A DNA stretch of 64,000 bases from Eledone cirrhosa (GCA_964016885.1 OZ024762.1:15748001-15812000); one strand, 5' to 3'. Counted from the first letter of the stretch, positions 42,170 to 55,983 are shown. The notes: generated by a model not told the origin, from the sequence alone. Program-made: numbers and translations.

Positions 42170-42843
42170 AGTGAATTGGCAGAGTCTTTAGAAAGTCAGA
42201 TAGAATGTTGTGTTTGGCCTGGTTCTCTGCCCTCTCTGAGCTCAAATCCTGCTGAGGTCATCTATCGGTGGTCGATAAAAAAAGTACCAGTTTAGTACTG
42301 GGGTCGATTCTTTCTTTGAGGTCAATTTTGCCTTTCATCCTTTTGTGGTCGATAAAAAAAGTACCAGTTTAGTACTGGGGTCGATTATTTCTTTGAGGTT
42401 AATTTTGCCTTTCATCCTTTTGTGGTCGATAAAAAAGTACCAGTTTAGTACTGGGGTCGATTATTTCTTTGAGGTTAATTTTGCCTTTCATCCTTTTGTG
42501 GTCGATAAAAAAAGTACCAGTTTAGTACTGGGGTCGATTATTTCTTTGAGGTCAATTTCGCCTTTCATCCTTTTGTGGTCGATAAAAAAAGTACCAGTTT
42601 AGTACTGGGTCGATTATTTCTTTGAGGTCAATTTTGCCTTTCATCCTTTTGTGGTTGATAAAAAAAGTACCAGTTTAGTACTGGGGTCGATTATTTCTTT
42701 GAGATTAATTTTGCCTTTCATCCTTTTGTGGTCGATAAAAAAAGTACCAGTTTAGTACTGGGGTCGATTATTTCTTTGAGGTCAATTTGCCTTCCATCCT
42801 ATCAGGGTCTATAAAAAAAAAGTACCAGTTTACTACTGGGGTC
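42170..42843 (+). mobile_element. SINE family C whose Deu/Nin-like core is tandemly amplified (76-77 bp x ~7.5)
   Basis: Head TGGCAGAGTC..GAGCTCAAATCC is followed by GTGGTYGATAAA at 42268, 42345, 42422, 42498, 42575, 42651 and 42728. Confidence 0.9.
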
Positions 42844-43705
42844 ACTTCTTTGTCTATATCTCTTTTTCACTTCCTCTCTTTTCCTTCTCTGGAAAAATCA
42901 GCTGTGTTGAGAGGTGGGGAGGGGAGATTGACTCTGCCAGGTTTTAAAACGACCAAGACACTGTATGTCGCTATAGTACCTCTACAACTCTCTCGGTGGT
43001 GGTGGTGTGTTGGTGGTGGTTGTGGTATGGTAATGATGGTGGTGGTGGTGGTGGCGACAGTGGTGCTGATGACGATGATGGTGATGATAATGGTAGTGCT
43101 GGTGACAGTTGGTGTTAGTGATGATGGCGATGATGGTAGTGATGATGGCGATGGTAGTGGTGACAGTGGTGGTGACAGTGGTGGATATGATGGCGATGGT
43201 GGTGGTGATGATGATGATGATGATGGTGATGATTAAAAGACAATCATTGCTCCATAATAACTTGATATGTTAGCAATTACTCCAGTAACTACGGGGGAAA
43301 CAAGTCCAGACCTCGATGAGAGGAGGGAGAGCGCGAGGGGGGGGGGGGCAAACAACAACAACGACGACGACAACAACAACAATAACAACTAAACCAGTTC
43401 TTTGATAGAAGTGGGGGTGGGGGTGGAGGAGATGGAGGGGTGAAGTTGGAGGAAAAAAAATTAATTTTTCTCAATTTAACAATGAAATATATTAGATTAT
43501 TGTAAATTCCAGGAAATTATTGATTTTGGCTAATTTTGAAGTTTGATCATATTATGAATTCTTCAAATTGGAGAGAGTTAAATGTTAATTAATCTAATTG
43601 CTAATTAGAAGTGGATATATTTAATATTAATTTATTTAATAGCTGATTGGAAATTCAACTAAATGACTTTTGCAGTAGTGACTATATGATTGTAACTTTT
43701 CAACA

Positions 43706-43723
43706 TCTCTCTCTCTATACATC

Positions 43724-43806
<83 letters not shown>

Positions 43807-44290
43807 TTTCTTTCTCTCTCACTCTCTTTCTTTCTCACTTTGTTTCCTTCTCTCTTTCTTTCTCTCTCTGTCTTTCTTTTTTCTTCCATTTTCTCTCTCT
43901 TTCTCTCTCTTTATTTATATTTTTTCTTTCTTTTTCTCTCTTTCTTTTTCTCTCTTTCTTTTTCTCTCTTTCTTTTTCTCTCTTTCTTTTTCTCTCTTTC
44001 TTTTTTCTCTCTCTTTCTTTCTTTCTTTCTTTTTCTCTATTTCCACCTCTCTCTCTTTCTTGTTTTCTCTCTTTCTATCTTTCTTTCTTTCTCACTCTCT
44101 TTCTTCCTCTCTCTCTCTCTTTCTTTCTTTCTCTCTTTCTCTCTTTCTTTCTCTCTTTCTTTCTCTCTCTCCTTCTCTCTTTTTTTCTTCCTTTCTCTCT
44201 CTCTCACTTATTATCTCTCCCCTTTTCTCTCTCTCTCTCACATTCTTTCTTTCTTATTCTCTCTCCCATCCCCCTCTCTCCCTCTCTCAA
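43706..44290. repeat. (TC)n/(TTTC)n polypyrimidine tract
   Basis: Directly visible; could form H-DNA. Confidence 0.9.
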
Positions 44291-44374
44291 GTAACAATTC
44301 TTTAGGGAGTGCAAGCAGGGGCTGGATAAAATGAAAGAATATCAGAATGGAAGAGTGAGAGAAGGGATGGGATG

Positions 44375-46580
44375 GGGTGGTGTGGTGTGGTGTACTGTGG
44401 TGTGGTGTGGTGTACTGTAATGTGGTTTGGTGTGGTGTGGTGTAGTGTAGTGTGGTGTGGTGTAGTGTGGTGTGGTGTACTGTGGTGTGGTGTAGTGTGG
44501 TGTGTTGTAGTGTGGAGTGGTGTGGTGTGGTGTAGTGTGGTGTGGTGTGGTGTAGTGTAGTGTGGTGTAGTGTGGTGTGGTGTAGTGTGGTGTGGTGTGG
44601 TGTAGTGTAGTGTAGTATGGTGTGGTGTGGTGTGGTGTAGTGTGGTGTAGTGTGGTGTGGTGTGGTGTAGTGTAGTGTGGTGTAGTGTGGTGTGGTGTAG
44701 TGTGGTGTGGTGTGGTGTAGTGTAGTGTAGTATGGTGTGGTGTGGTGTGGTATAGTGTAGTGTGGTGTAGTGTAGTGTGGTGTGGTGTGGTGTAGTGTGG
44801 TGTGGTGTAGTGTAGTGTGGTGTGTTGTAGTGTACTGTGGTGTGGTGTGGTGTAGTGTAGTGTGGTGTAGTGTGGTGTGGTGTGGTGTAGTGTGGTGTAG
44901 TGTGGTGTGGTGTGGTGTAGTGTGGTGTGGTGTAGTGTGGTGTAGTGTGGTGTGGTGTGGTGTGGTGTAGTGTGGTGTAGTGTGGTGTGGTGTAGTGTAG
45001 TGTGGTGTAGTGTAGTGTGGTGTGGTGTAGTGTAGTGTGGTGTAGTGTGGTGTAGTGTAGTGTAGTGTGGTGTAGTGTAGTGTAGTGTGGTGTGGTGTAG
45101 TGTAGTGTGGTGTAGTGTACTGTGGTGTGGTGTAGTGTGGTGTGGTGTAGTGTAGTGTGGTGTGGTGTAGTGTGGTGTAGTGTGGTGTGGTGTAGTGTGG
45201 TGTGGTGTAGTGTGGTGTAGTGTGGTATAGTATAGTGTGGTGTGGTGTGGTGTAGTGTACTGTGATGTGGTGTAGTGTGGTATGGTGGGGTGTGGTGTGG
45301 TGTAGTATGGTGTACTGTGGTGTAGTGTGGTGTAGTGTGGTGTAGTGTGGTGTAGTGTAGTGTAGTGTGGTATGGTGTGGTGTGGTGTGGTGTAGTGTAG
45401 TGTAGTGTGGTATGGTGGGGTGTGGTGTACTGTGGTGTGGTGTAGTATAGTGTGGTGTAGTGTACTGTAGTGTGGTGTAGTATGGTGTACTGTGGTGTGT
45501 TGTAGTGTGGTGTGGTGTGGTGTGGTGTGGTGTGGTGCGGTGTGGTGTAGTGTAGTGTGGTGTGGTGTAGTGTGGTGTAATGTGGTGTGGTGTAGTGTGG
45601 TATAGTATAGTGTGGTGTGGTGTGGTGTGGTGTGGTGTAGTGTACTGTGATGTGGTGTAGTGTGGTGTGGTGTGGTGTAGTGTGGTGTAGTGTAGTGTAG
45701 TGTGGTATGGTGTGGTGTGGTGTAGTGTGGTATGGTGGGGTGTGGTGTACTGTGGTGTGGTGTAGTGTACTGTAGTGTGGTGTAGTATGGTGTACTGTGG
45801 TGTGTTGTAGTGTGGTGTGGTGTGGTGTGGTGTGGTGTGGTGCAGTGTGGTGTGGTGTGGTGTAGTGTAGTGTGGTGTGGTGTGGTGTAGTGTTGTGATG
45901 TCTGGTGTAGTGTAGTGTGGTTTGGTGTAGTGTAGTGTAGTGTGGTATAGTATAGTGTGGTGTGGTGCGGTGAGATGTAGTGTGTGGTGTGGTGTAGTGT
46001 CATGATGTCTGGTGTAGTGTAGCGTAGCGTAGTGTAGCGTAGTGTAGTGTTGTGATGTCTGGTGTAGTGTAGTGTCATGATGTCTGGTGTAGTGTAGCGT
46101 AGTGTAGTGTAGCATAGTGTAGCGTAGTGTAGTGTTGTGATGTCTGGTGTAGTGTAGTGTAGTGTGGTATAGTATAGTGTGGTGTGGTGTGGTGAGATGT
46201 AGTGTGTGGTGTGGTGTAGTGTCATGATGTCTGGTGTAGTGTAGCGTAGTGTAGTGTAGCGTAGTGTAGCGTAGTGTAGTGTTGTGATGTCTGGTGTAGT
46301 GTAGTGTAGTGTGGTATAGTATAGTGTGGTGTGGTGTGGTGAGATGTAGTGTGTGGTGTGGTGTGGTGTCATGATGTCTGGTGTAGTGTAGCGTAGTGTG
46401 GTGTAGTGTAGTGTTGTGATGTCTGGTGTAGTGTAGTGTAGTGTGGTGTAGTGTGGTGTGGTGTGGTGAGATGTAGTGTGTGGTGTGGTGTAGTGTCATG
46501 ATGTCTGGTGTAGTGTAGCGTAGTGTAGTGTAGCGTAGTGTAGTGTGGTGTGGCGTAGTGTGGTATAGTGTGGTGTAGTG
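44375..46580. repeat. (TGTGG/TGTAG)n pentamer satellite
   Basis: Directly visible, with higher-order units at 45900-46520. Confidence 0.95.
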
Positions 46581-46810
46581 TTGGTAGAAGCTAGATATTG
46601 GTAAATGGAAAGACAGACTCTACCAGCAGAATGTTACAATGTCAGCCATGTTTATGTGTTTCTATTGAAAGAATTGGTCAATAAAGGCAGTAGATAATGG
46701 TGAAACAGATTGTCTTCCTCGTTAATTCTTTAATTAGATAAAAATTTGTATCAACTAATCCCAGTTTAGAATAAATAACAAAAGTAATATATATATATAT
46801 ATATATACAT

Positions 46811-46855
<45 letters not shown>

Positions 46856-46878
46856 CACATATATATATATATATACAT

Positions 46879-46941
<63 letters not shown>

Positions 46942-46958
46942 AGTTTTAATATAGATGA

Positions 46959-47007
46959 GATTCTACAGGACTAGAACTGTTTCATTCATTAGAAATCATC
47001 AGGAATC
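46959..47007 (-). ncRNA. Type I hammerhead ribozyme (mirror copy)
   Basis: Exact reverse complement of 47011-47059. Confidence 0.82.
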
Positions 47008-47010
47008 CCT

Positions 47011-47059
47011 GATTCCTGATGATTTCTAATGAATGAAACAGTTCTAGTCCTGTAGAATC
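47011..47059 (+). ncRNA. Type I hammerhead ribozyme
   Basis: GATTC-CTGATGA-T.TTC taat GAA.T-GAAA-CAG ttctagtc CTG-TA-GAATC. Stem I is 5 bp and stem III 4 bp, with a GUA cleavage triplet (cut after 47054). Confidence 0.82.
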
Positions 47060-47143
47060 TCATCTATATTAAAACTTTTATACTCTGCTATGTATTGAGT
47101 ACCTTACTTACTGTGGTTACCTCCGATTCAACCCGGAATAACC

Positions 47144-47208
<65 letters not shown>

Positions 47209-47218
47209 GTATATATAT

Positions 47219-47565
<347 letters not shown>

Positions 47566-47590
47566 CATACATATATATATATATATACAC

Positions 47591-47627
<37 letters not shown>

Positions 47628-47691
47628 CGTGCGTGTATTTATATAAATATATGTATATTTATATATATATGTATATTTATATATATATGTA

Positions 47692-47738
<47 letters not shown>

Positions 47739-47899
47739 TGTATATATATATATATTTTAGATGTGTGAGTATATATGTGTATATATATATATGTTTTTAA
47801 AGTGATAGGAAAATTAGATTTACAATAATATTGTATGTCTTCATTTAAAATTATTTCAAAATTATTTCTGAATTATTTTTCATTCACCTAATATTGGAG

Positions 47900-49000
47900 A
47901 TGTGGTGCGGTGTGGTGTGGTGTGGTGTGGTGTAGTGCGGTGTTGTGTGGTGTGGTGTGGTGTGGTTTAGTGTGGTGTAGTGTAGTGTGGTGTGGTGTAG
48001 AGTGGTGTAGTGTGGTGTGGTGTGGTGTGGTGTGGTGTAGTGTGGTGTGGTGTAGTGTGGTGTGGTGTAGTGTGGTGTGGTGTAGTGTAGTGTAGTGTTG
48101 TGTGGTGTAGAGTGGTGTGGTGTAGTGTGGTGTGGTGTGGTGTGGTTTAGTGTGGTGTAGTGTAGTGTGGTGTAGTGTAGTGTGGTGTGGTGTAGAGTGG
48201 TGTAGTGTGGTGTGGTGTGGTGTGGTGTAGTGTGGTGTAGTGTGGTGTGGTGTAGTGTAGTGTGGTGTGGTGTAGTGTGGTGTGGTGTAGTGTAGTGTTG
48301 TGTGGTGTAGAGTGGTGTGGTGTTGTGTGGTGTGGTGTGGTTTAGTGTGGTGTAGTGTAGTGTGGTGTAGTGTAGTGTGGTGTGGTGTAGAGTGGTGTAG
48401 TGTGGTGTGGTGTGGTGTGGTGTAGTGTGGTGTAGTGTGGTGTGGTGTAGTGTAGTGTGGTGTGGTGTAGTGTGGTGTGGTGTAGTGTAGTGTAGTGTTG
48501 TGTGGTGTGGTGTAGTGTGGTGTAGTGTGGTGTAGTGTGGTGTGGTGTGGTGTGGTGTAGTGTGGTGTGGTGTAGTGTGGTGTGTGGTTTAGTGTGGTGT
48601 GGTGTGGTTTAGTGTGGTGTGGTGTGGTGTAATGTAGTGTAGTGTGGTGTGGTGTGGTGTAGTGTGGTGATGTAGTGTGGTATAGTGTAGTGTAGTGTGG
48701 TGTGGTGTGGTTTAGTGTGGTGTGGTGTGGTTTAGTGTGGTGTGGTGTGGTGTGGTGTGGTGTGATGTAGTGTGGTATAGTGTAGTGTAGTGTGGTATAG
48801 TGTAGTGTGGTGTAATGTAATGAAGTGTGGTGTGGTGTGGTGTGGTGTGATGTAGTGTGGTATAGTGTAGTGTAGTGTGGTGTAATGTAATGAAGTGTGG
48901 TGTAGTGTGGTGTGGTGTGTAGTGTATAGATGTGGGGTGTATGGTGTAGATGTAGTGTGTGGTATGTGTGTGTGGTGTAGATGTAGTGTGTGGTGTAGAT
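47900..49000. repeat. (TGTGG/TGTAG)n pentamer satellite
   Basis: Directly visible. Confidence 0.95.
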
Positions 49001-49171
49001 GTGTATGTGTGTATATGTGTATGTCGTGTATGTGTATATGTATTTTACTAAACCAGTCCACAATGGCTGACTAAACACTAAACATGTTTTTTTCTCAAAA
49101 CTATTTTTTCCCTTCCTTCCTCTTCTCATTCTCTGTCTTTCTATTTCTTCTTTTATTTCTCATTCTATCTT

Positions 49172-49200
49172 CTGATGAAGGACTAGCGTCCGAAACGTTT
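49172..49200 (+). ncRNA. Hammerhead core remnant (PLE-type); stem I not recoverable
   Basis: CTGATGA-A-GGAC tagc GTCC-GAAACGTT. Confidence 0.5.
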
Positions 49201-49335
49201 CATAACTTCTTTCATTATTGACTTGGCTAATGATTTCAGATGGATGAAACAGTTCTATAGAGAGATAGATCAATAGACAGATAGATAGATGGGTAGATAG
49301 CTAGATAGATATATAGATAGATAGATAGATAGATA

Positions 49336-50384
49336 TATTTCTTTATTAGCCACAGGGGTACAAAAGAAGGGGACAAATACAAAGGGGAGAGTTTACATAC
49401 AATAAAAACGTGTAAAATGTTATCACAGATGGAATTTAAAAGTTAGTCGATTTTCCCCAATAGAGGGAGACAGTTTATATGGGTAACACATACCCCCGAA
49501 AAAAAATATGCAACCCTCATCTCCAGGAGTACGAAGAGCTTGTACTCCTTTCCTCTCCTCCTCCTTTTCCTCAACCTACAGGCTGATATAGAGAGAAGGC
49601 CCATTCACTCGGGCCATTCTCGCCACTTTCACCCACCTTTCATAAAACTTGCTGGGGTACAGCACCTCTCTCTCCATCCTGATTCTTCTTCCAAAGTGGT
49701 ATTTGAAAAAAAGAATCAGTTGTTGGCCGGAGAGAAAGGTGTCTGACCTCAGCCCTTTCAACCTTGTCCACCATACAACCTCTTTCGCCATAGCTATCAC
49801 ACAAAGGAAAACCGCCTCTCCTTCGTTTTTGAAGGAGGGTGGCGGTTTGATCATGACAATGGATTCGGTGGTCAACTGGATTGGTCCCACCCGCGACAAT
49901 AGTCGTTCTACATAGCCCCACAGGTCAGTGACGCCCGGGCAGTGTATGAATGCGTGCGCGACGGTTTCTTCGTCTCGCACGCACCTCGGACAGATCTTTT
50001 TTGCAGGGTCCCTGCCCGGGCGCCCATGTCTGTAGAGCTTGTCTCGAACTGGTAGAGCTCCTCGGTAGCACTGCCAGGCCAGGGACTTTTGGAAGTTGTC
50101 CATCGGTCCCGGGCGGAAGGTCCTACCGAACAGACTGGCCAGTTCATCTTCCTCCACGCCTAGAGTTTCACCGAGCGCGTCGTCGCACTTGCTGCGGACC
50201 AACCCTCTATAGAATGACGAAGTGGAGTCTCCACTGATCGCCGGGTCCGCCTGCCAGAGGGCTGTGAGCGCCTGAGCACATTCGATGTGCCAGTCGCCCA
50301 TTTTCCTCGGTCTCTGCTTGACCCAGGACTGCAGCTCGGTCAGCGAGACGAGTCGTGGGAAGGCTCGCCTCACGAACGGGGCCC
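49336..50384 (-). mobile_element. 5'-truncated L1/Tx1-clade LINE with open ORF2 C-terminus (zf-RVT)
   Basis: ORF 49576-50373 reads LAWQCYRGALPVRDKL..CPRC..EETVAHAFIHCP...W. (GATA)n flanks both sides. Confidence 0.92.
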
Positions 50385-50405
50385 GATAGATAGATAGATA
50401 GATAG

Positions 50406-51033
50406 ATATGTTTCTTTATTAGCCACAGGGGCACAAAAGAAGGGGACAAATACAAAGGGGGAAGTTTACATACAATAAAAACGTGTAAAATGTTATCACA
50501 AATGCAATTTAAAAAGTTAGTCGATTTTCCCCAATAGGGGAGATAGTTTATATGGGTAACACATACCCCCGAAAAAATGTGCAACCCTCATCTCCAGGAG
50601 TACGAAGAGTTTGTACTCCTTTCCTCTCTTCCTCCTTTTCCTCAACCTACAGGCTGATATAGAGAGAAGGCCCATTCACTCGGGCCATTCTCGCCACTTT
50701 CACCCACCTTTCATAAAACTTGCTGGGGTACAGCACCGCTCTCTCCATCCTGATTCTTCTTCCAAAGTGGTATTTGAAAAAAAGAGAGAGAGAGATAGAT
50801 AGACAGATAGATATGTTTCTTCATTTGCCACAAGGGCGCACAAGAAAAGGGGACAAAACAAAGACACATGCCGGGGATTTTACATACAGTCGTGTAAAAA
50901 ATATAGATAGAGAGATAGACAGATAGATAGATAGATTAGATAGATAGATAGATATGTTTCTTTATTAGCCACAGGGGCACAAAAAAGGGGACAAATACAA
51001 AGGGAGAAGTTTACATACAATAAAGACGTGTGG
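50406..51033 (-). mobile_element. Three short Tx1-like 3' fragments (50406-50783, 50811-50900, 50952-51033) separated by (GATA)n
   Basis: Each begins on the + strand with ATATGTTTCTTYATTWGCCACA after GATA repeats. Confidence 0.88.
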
Positions 51034-51045
51034 TAGATAGATAGA

Positions 51046-51974
51046 TATATTTCTTTATTAGCCACAGGGGCACAAAAGAAGGGGACAAATACAAAGGGGG
51101 AAGTTTACATACAATAAAAACGTGTAAAATGTTATCACAGATGGAATTTAAAAGTTAGTCGATTTTCCCCAATAGAGGGAGACAGTTTATATGGGTAACA
51201 CAGACCCCCGAAAAAAATGTGCAACCCTCATCTCCAGGAGTACGAAGAGCTTGTACTCCTTTCCTCTCCTCCTCCTTTTCCTCAACCTACAGGCTGATAT
51301 AGAGAGAAGGCCCATTCACTCGGGCCATTCTCGCCACTTTCACCCACCTTTCATAAAACTTGCTGGGGTACAGCACCTCTCTCTCCATCCTGATTCTTCT
51401 TCCAAAGTGGTATTTGAAAAAAAGAATCAGTTGTTGGCCGGAGAGAAAGGTGTCTGACCTCAGCCCTTTCAACCTTGTCCACCATACAACCTCTTTCGCC
51501 ATAGCTATCACACAAAGGAAAACCGCCTCTCCTTCGTTTTTGAAGGAGGGTGGCGGTTTGATCATGACAATGGACTCGGTGGTCAACTGGATTGGTCCCA
51601 CCCGCGACAATAGTCGTTCTACATAGCCCCACAGGTCAGTGACGCCCGGGCAGTGTATGAATGCGTGCGCGACGGTTTCTTCGTCTCGCACGCACCTCGG
51701 ACAGATCTTTTTTGCAGGGTCCCTGCCCGGGCGCCCATGTCTGTAGAGCTTGTCTCGAACTGGTAGAGCTCCTCGGTAGCACTGCCAGGCCAGGGACTTT
51801 TGGAAGTTGTCCATCGGTCCCGGGCGGAAGGTCCTACCGAACAGACTGGCCAGTTCATCTTCCTCCACGCCTAGAGTTTCACCGAGCGCGTCGTCGCACT
51901 TGCTGCGGACCAACCCTCTATAGAATGACGAAGTGGAGTCTCCACTGATCGCCGGGTCCGCCTGCCAGAGGAGG
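51046..51974 (-). mobile_element. 5'-truncated L1/Tx1-clade LINE, near-identical to 49336-50384
   Basis: ORF 51287-51913 encodes the same protein over the overlap; (GATA)n on both sides. Confidence 0.92.
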
Positions 51975-52013
<39 letters not shown>

Positions 52014-52073
52014 GTAGATAGATAGATAGATAGGTAGATAGATAGGTAGATAGATAGATAGATAGATAGATAG

Positions 52074-52217
52074 ATATGTTTCTTTTATTTGCCACCAGGG
52101 TATCAAAGAGTGGGGACAAATACAATGGGGGGAGTTTACATAACAAGGCGTCCTCAATAAGGAGGAGGCAATAACAAAATATAAAAATAAAATAAAATAT
52201 AACAAAAAATAAAATTT

Positions 52218-52218
<1 letters not shown>
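52074..52218 (-). mobile_element. Diverged Tx1-like 3' fragment in (GATA)n
   Basis: ATATGTTTCTTTTATTTGCCACCAGGG..GGGGACAAATACAA..AGTTTACAT. Confidence 0.75.
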
Positions 52219-52262
<44 letters not shown>

Positions 52263-52263
52263 C

Positions 52264-52310
<47 letters not shown>

Positions 52311-52537
52311 GAGATAAGACAGCAAATTATTATTCTCTCAAGTTACTTTATATATAACTCTTCTGTGACCAATTCCAATGTGCAAAATGATCCATTTTCT
52401 AATTAAATTCCAAGAAAAGAATCTTTTTTTCCCCCCAAAGTCAATGGAGTGTGCAAAGAATTGAGACAAAATGAGATGGAATGAAACAAGCATTTCTTGA
52501 AAGAAGGGAAAATATACTAAATAAAAAATAATGAAAA

Positions 52538-52743
52538 TTATATATATATATATATATTTATATATATTTATTTATATATATACATACATACATACATATA
52601 TATATATATGTATATATATTTATATACATTTATATATATGTATATATATATATTTATATACATTTATATATATGTATATATATATATTTATATACATTTT
52701 TATATATGTATGTATATATATATATTTATATACATTTATATAT

Positions 52744-52801
<58 letters not shown>

Positions 52802-52913
52802 TTATATACATTTATATATATGTATATATATATATATATATATGTATGTATATATATAAGAACTGTTCTTTAAAAAATAATGATAATATTATTATTTCTA
52901 AGAGCATAGAAAT

Positions 52914-53009
<96 letters not shown>

Positions 53010-53076
53010 GCACATATATATATATGCACACATATATACACACACATGCATATGTATATATGATGGAGTATATATG

Positions 53077-53163
<87 letters not shown>

Positions 53164-53615
53164 GTGTATATATATATATATGTTCCATCATAAACGCTAA
53201 TAATAATAATTATTTATTATGAGACTTTGTTTCATACACTAATTATTTTAATTGGTTGTTCTGCACACACCCTCCTCCACCACACCTCCCCACCACCATC
53301 ACCACCACACCTCCCCACCACCATACCGTCGTTTATTATTATTATTATTATTTTTTTCTTTTTTTTTTTCTCACATTTCAATTTATCTTTTGGGGAAAGT
53401 TTTAGCAGTATTTTTACGTTTTCTTTTACATATATTTGTGTATGTTTGTTGTTGTTGTTATTGCTGTTGTTGTTGTTGTTGTTGCTGTTGTTGTTATTGC
53501 TGTTGTTGTTGTTGTATTGTTGTTGTTGTTTGTTTCATGAAAGTCCTATAAAAGCCAATAACAGTATATAAAGATTTTTCTCTGTTAAAGTATAATTATA
53601 AATGTTTATAGTAGT

Positions 53616-53686
<71 letters not shown>

Positions 53687-53818
53687 GTGTGTGTGTGTCT
53701 TTCTGTGTGTGTTGTTGTTGTGTACGTGTGTGTGTGTTTGTGTTGGATATTTGATATTTGCAGATACGTGTGTATATGTGTGTGTTTATTTATATACAGT
53801 ATATATATATTTATATGC

Positions 53819-53852
<34 letters not shown>

Positions 53853-53968
53853 GTGTATACATACATGGTATATATATTCATTTATATATATATATGTATA
53901 TATGTACATATGTACATATATATACATATATTTATGTATATATGGATGTATATATATGTGCATGTATA

Positions 53969-54020
<52 letters not shown>

Positions 54021-54022
54021 TA

Positions 54023-54054
<32 letters not shown>

Positions 54055-54164
54055 CGTATGTATATATATATGTATATATGTACGTATGTATATATATATG
54101 TATATGCTAGTATGAAAAAATTGACGACAAACGATGATGATGATGATGAAATATGTGTGTGTAG

Positions 54165-54195
<31 letters not shown>

Positions 54196-55849
54196 TACAT
54201 GTGTCTACATACATTCATACTGACACATGGTTTTATAATAGAAACTATAGACTTACAATCACATAAATACAACCAGATTACACTCTATATACACAGACAT
54301 ATATATATATATGTGTATATATATGTGCATATATATATATATGTGTGTGTATATATATGTGTAGAGTGGAGGGTGGGGGATATACACAATAAATATTAAT
54401 TTATATTGAAGCTGTAAACAGAATTATATGACCAAAGAAGATATATATAAAAACTGAAATCAGAATGTTGAAAATCAATTAAATACGTGTGTATATATGT
54501 GTTTATATATGTGTGTATATGTATGTATGTGTGTATGGATGTGTGTGTTTATATATGTGTGTGTATGTATGTGTGAGTTTATATGTGTGTGTATATGTAC
54601 ATATGTGTGTATATATATGTGTGTATATGTATGTGTATATATATATATGTGTGTGTTTATATATGTGTTTATATATGTGTGTGTGGGTATATATATATGT
54701 GTATGTGTGTGTTTATATATGTGTGTGTGTGTATATATGTGTATATATATATGTGTGTATGTGTATGTATGTGTATATATATGTGTGTGTGTGGCTATAT
54801 ATATATGTGGGTGTATATATGTATGTGTGTGTTTATATATGGGTGTGTGGGTATATATATATGTGTGTGTGTGTATATATATATGTGTATATATATATAT
54901 ATATGTGCGTGTATATGTATGTGTGTTTATATATATATATGTGTGTGTATGGGTATATATATGTGTGTATGTATGTATGTGTTTATATATGTGTGTGTGG
55001 GTATATATATGTGTGTGTTTGTGTATGTATGTGTGTTTATATGTGTGTATATGTATGTATGTGTGTATATATATATATATATATGTGTGTATGTATGTGT
55101 GTTTATATATGTGCGTGGGTATATATATGTGTGTGTGTATATGTATGTATGTGTGTATGTGTGTATGCATGTGTGTGTTTATATATGTGTGTGTGTGGGT
55201 ATATATGTGTGTGTGTGTATTTATATATGTGTATGTCTGTGTGTATGTCTGTGTACGTGGGTATATATATGTGTGTGTGTATGTTTGTATCTGCATGTGG
55301 GTATATATGTGTATGCAGGTATATATATGTATGTGGGCATGTGTATGTATGTATGTGTGTGTGTGTATCTGCGTGTGGGTATATATATCTGTGTATGTGA
55401 GTATATATATAAGTGTGTGTATGTATGTCTGTATGTGTGTATATGTTTGGGTATGTATGTCTGTATGTATATATGGGTATATATATATATGTATGTATTT
55501 GTGTGTTTGTGTGTTTGTATTTGTATGTATGTGTGTGTGTATATATGTTTGTTTATATATATATGTATGCGCGCATATATGTATTTATGTATGTGTATGT
55601 ATGTATGTGTGTGTATGTATGTGTGGGTATGTATGTATGCATGTGTGTGTATGTATGTGTAAGTCTGTGTGTGTGTGTATGTATGTGTAAGTCTGTATGT
55701 GTGTGTGTATATATCAATATATCTATCTCTGCATGTCTGTGTGTAACCCCCCTCCCCCTCACATCATTCTCTCTTTTTTTTCTCTGTAAATATGTGTGAA
55801 TAAAGATCTAAATCAATGTTTATATATATATATGATAAAAATAAATACA

Positions 55850-55893
<44 letters not shown>

Positions 55894-55906
55894 TCTATAT
55901 ATGAAT

Positions 55907-55959
<53 letters not shown>

Positions 55960-55983
55960 TGTATATATATATATATATGAATG

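Larger units (their letters stand above)
46941..47144. mobile_element. PLE-type fold-back in (TA)n: perfect 137-bp palindrome plus tail
   Basis: Arms 46941-47007 and 47011-47077 (67 bp each) are separated by loop CCT; tail at 47078-47144. Confidence 0.88.

Noticed and set aside
46941-47077. miRNA precursor or TIR MITE interpretation of the palindromes
   Set aside because: Perfect arms, hammerhead cores and one-sided tails fit PLE inversion better, and I recognised no known mature miRNA.
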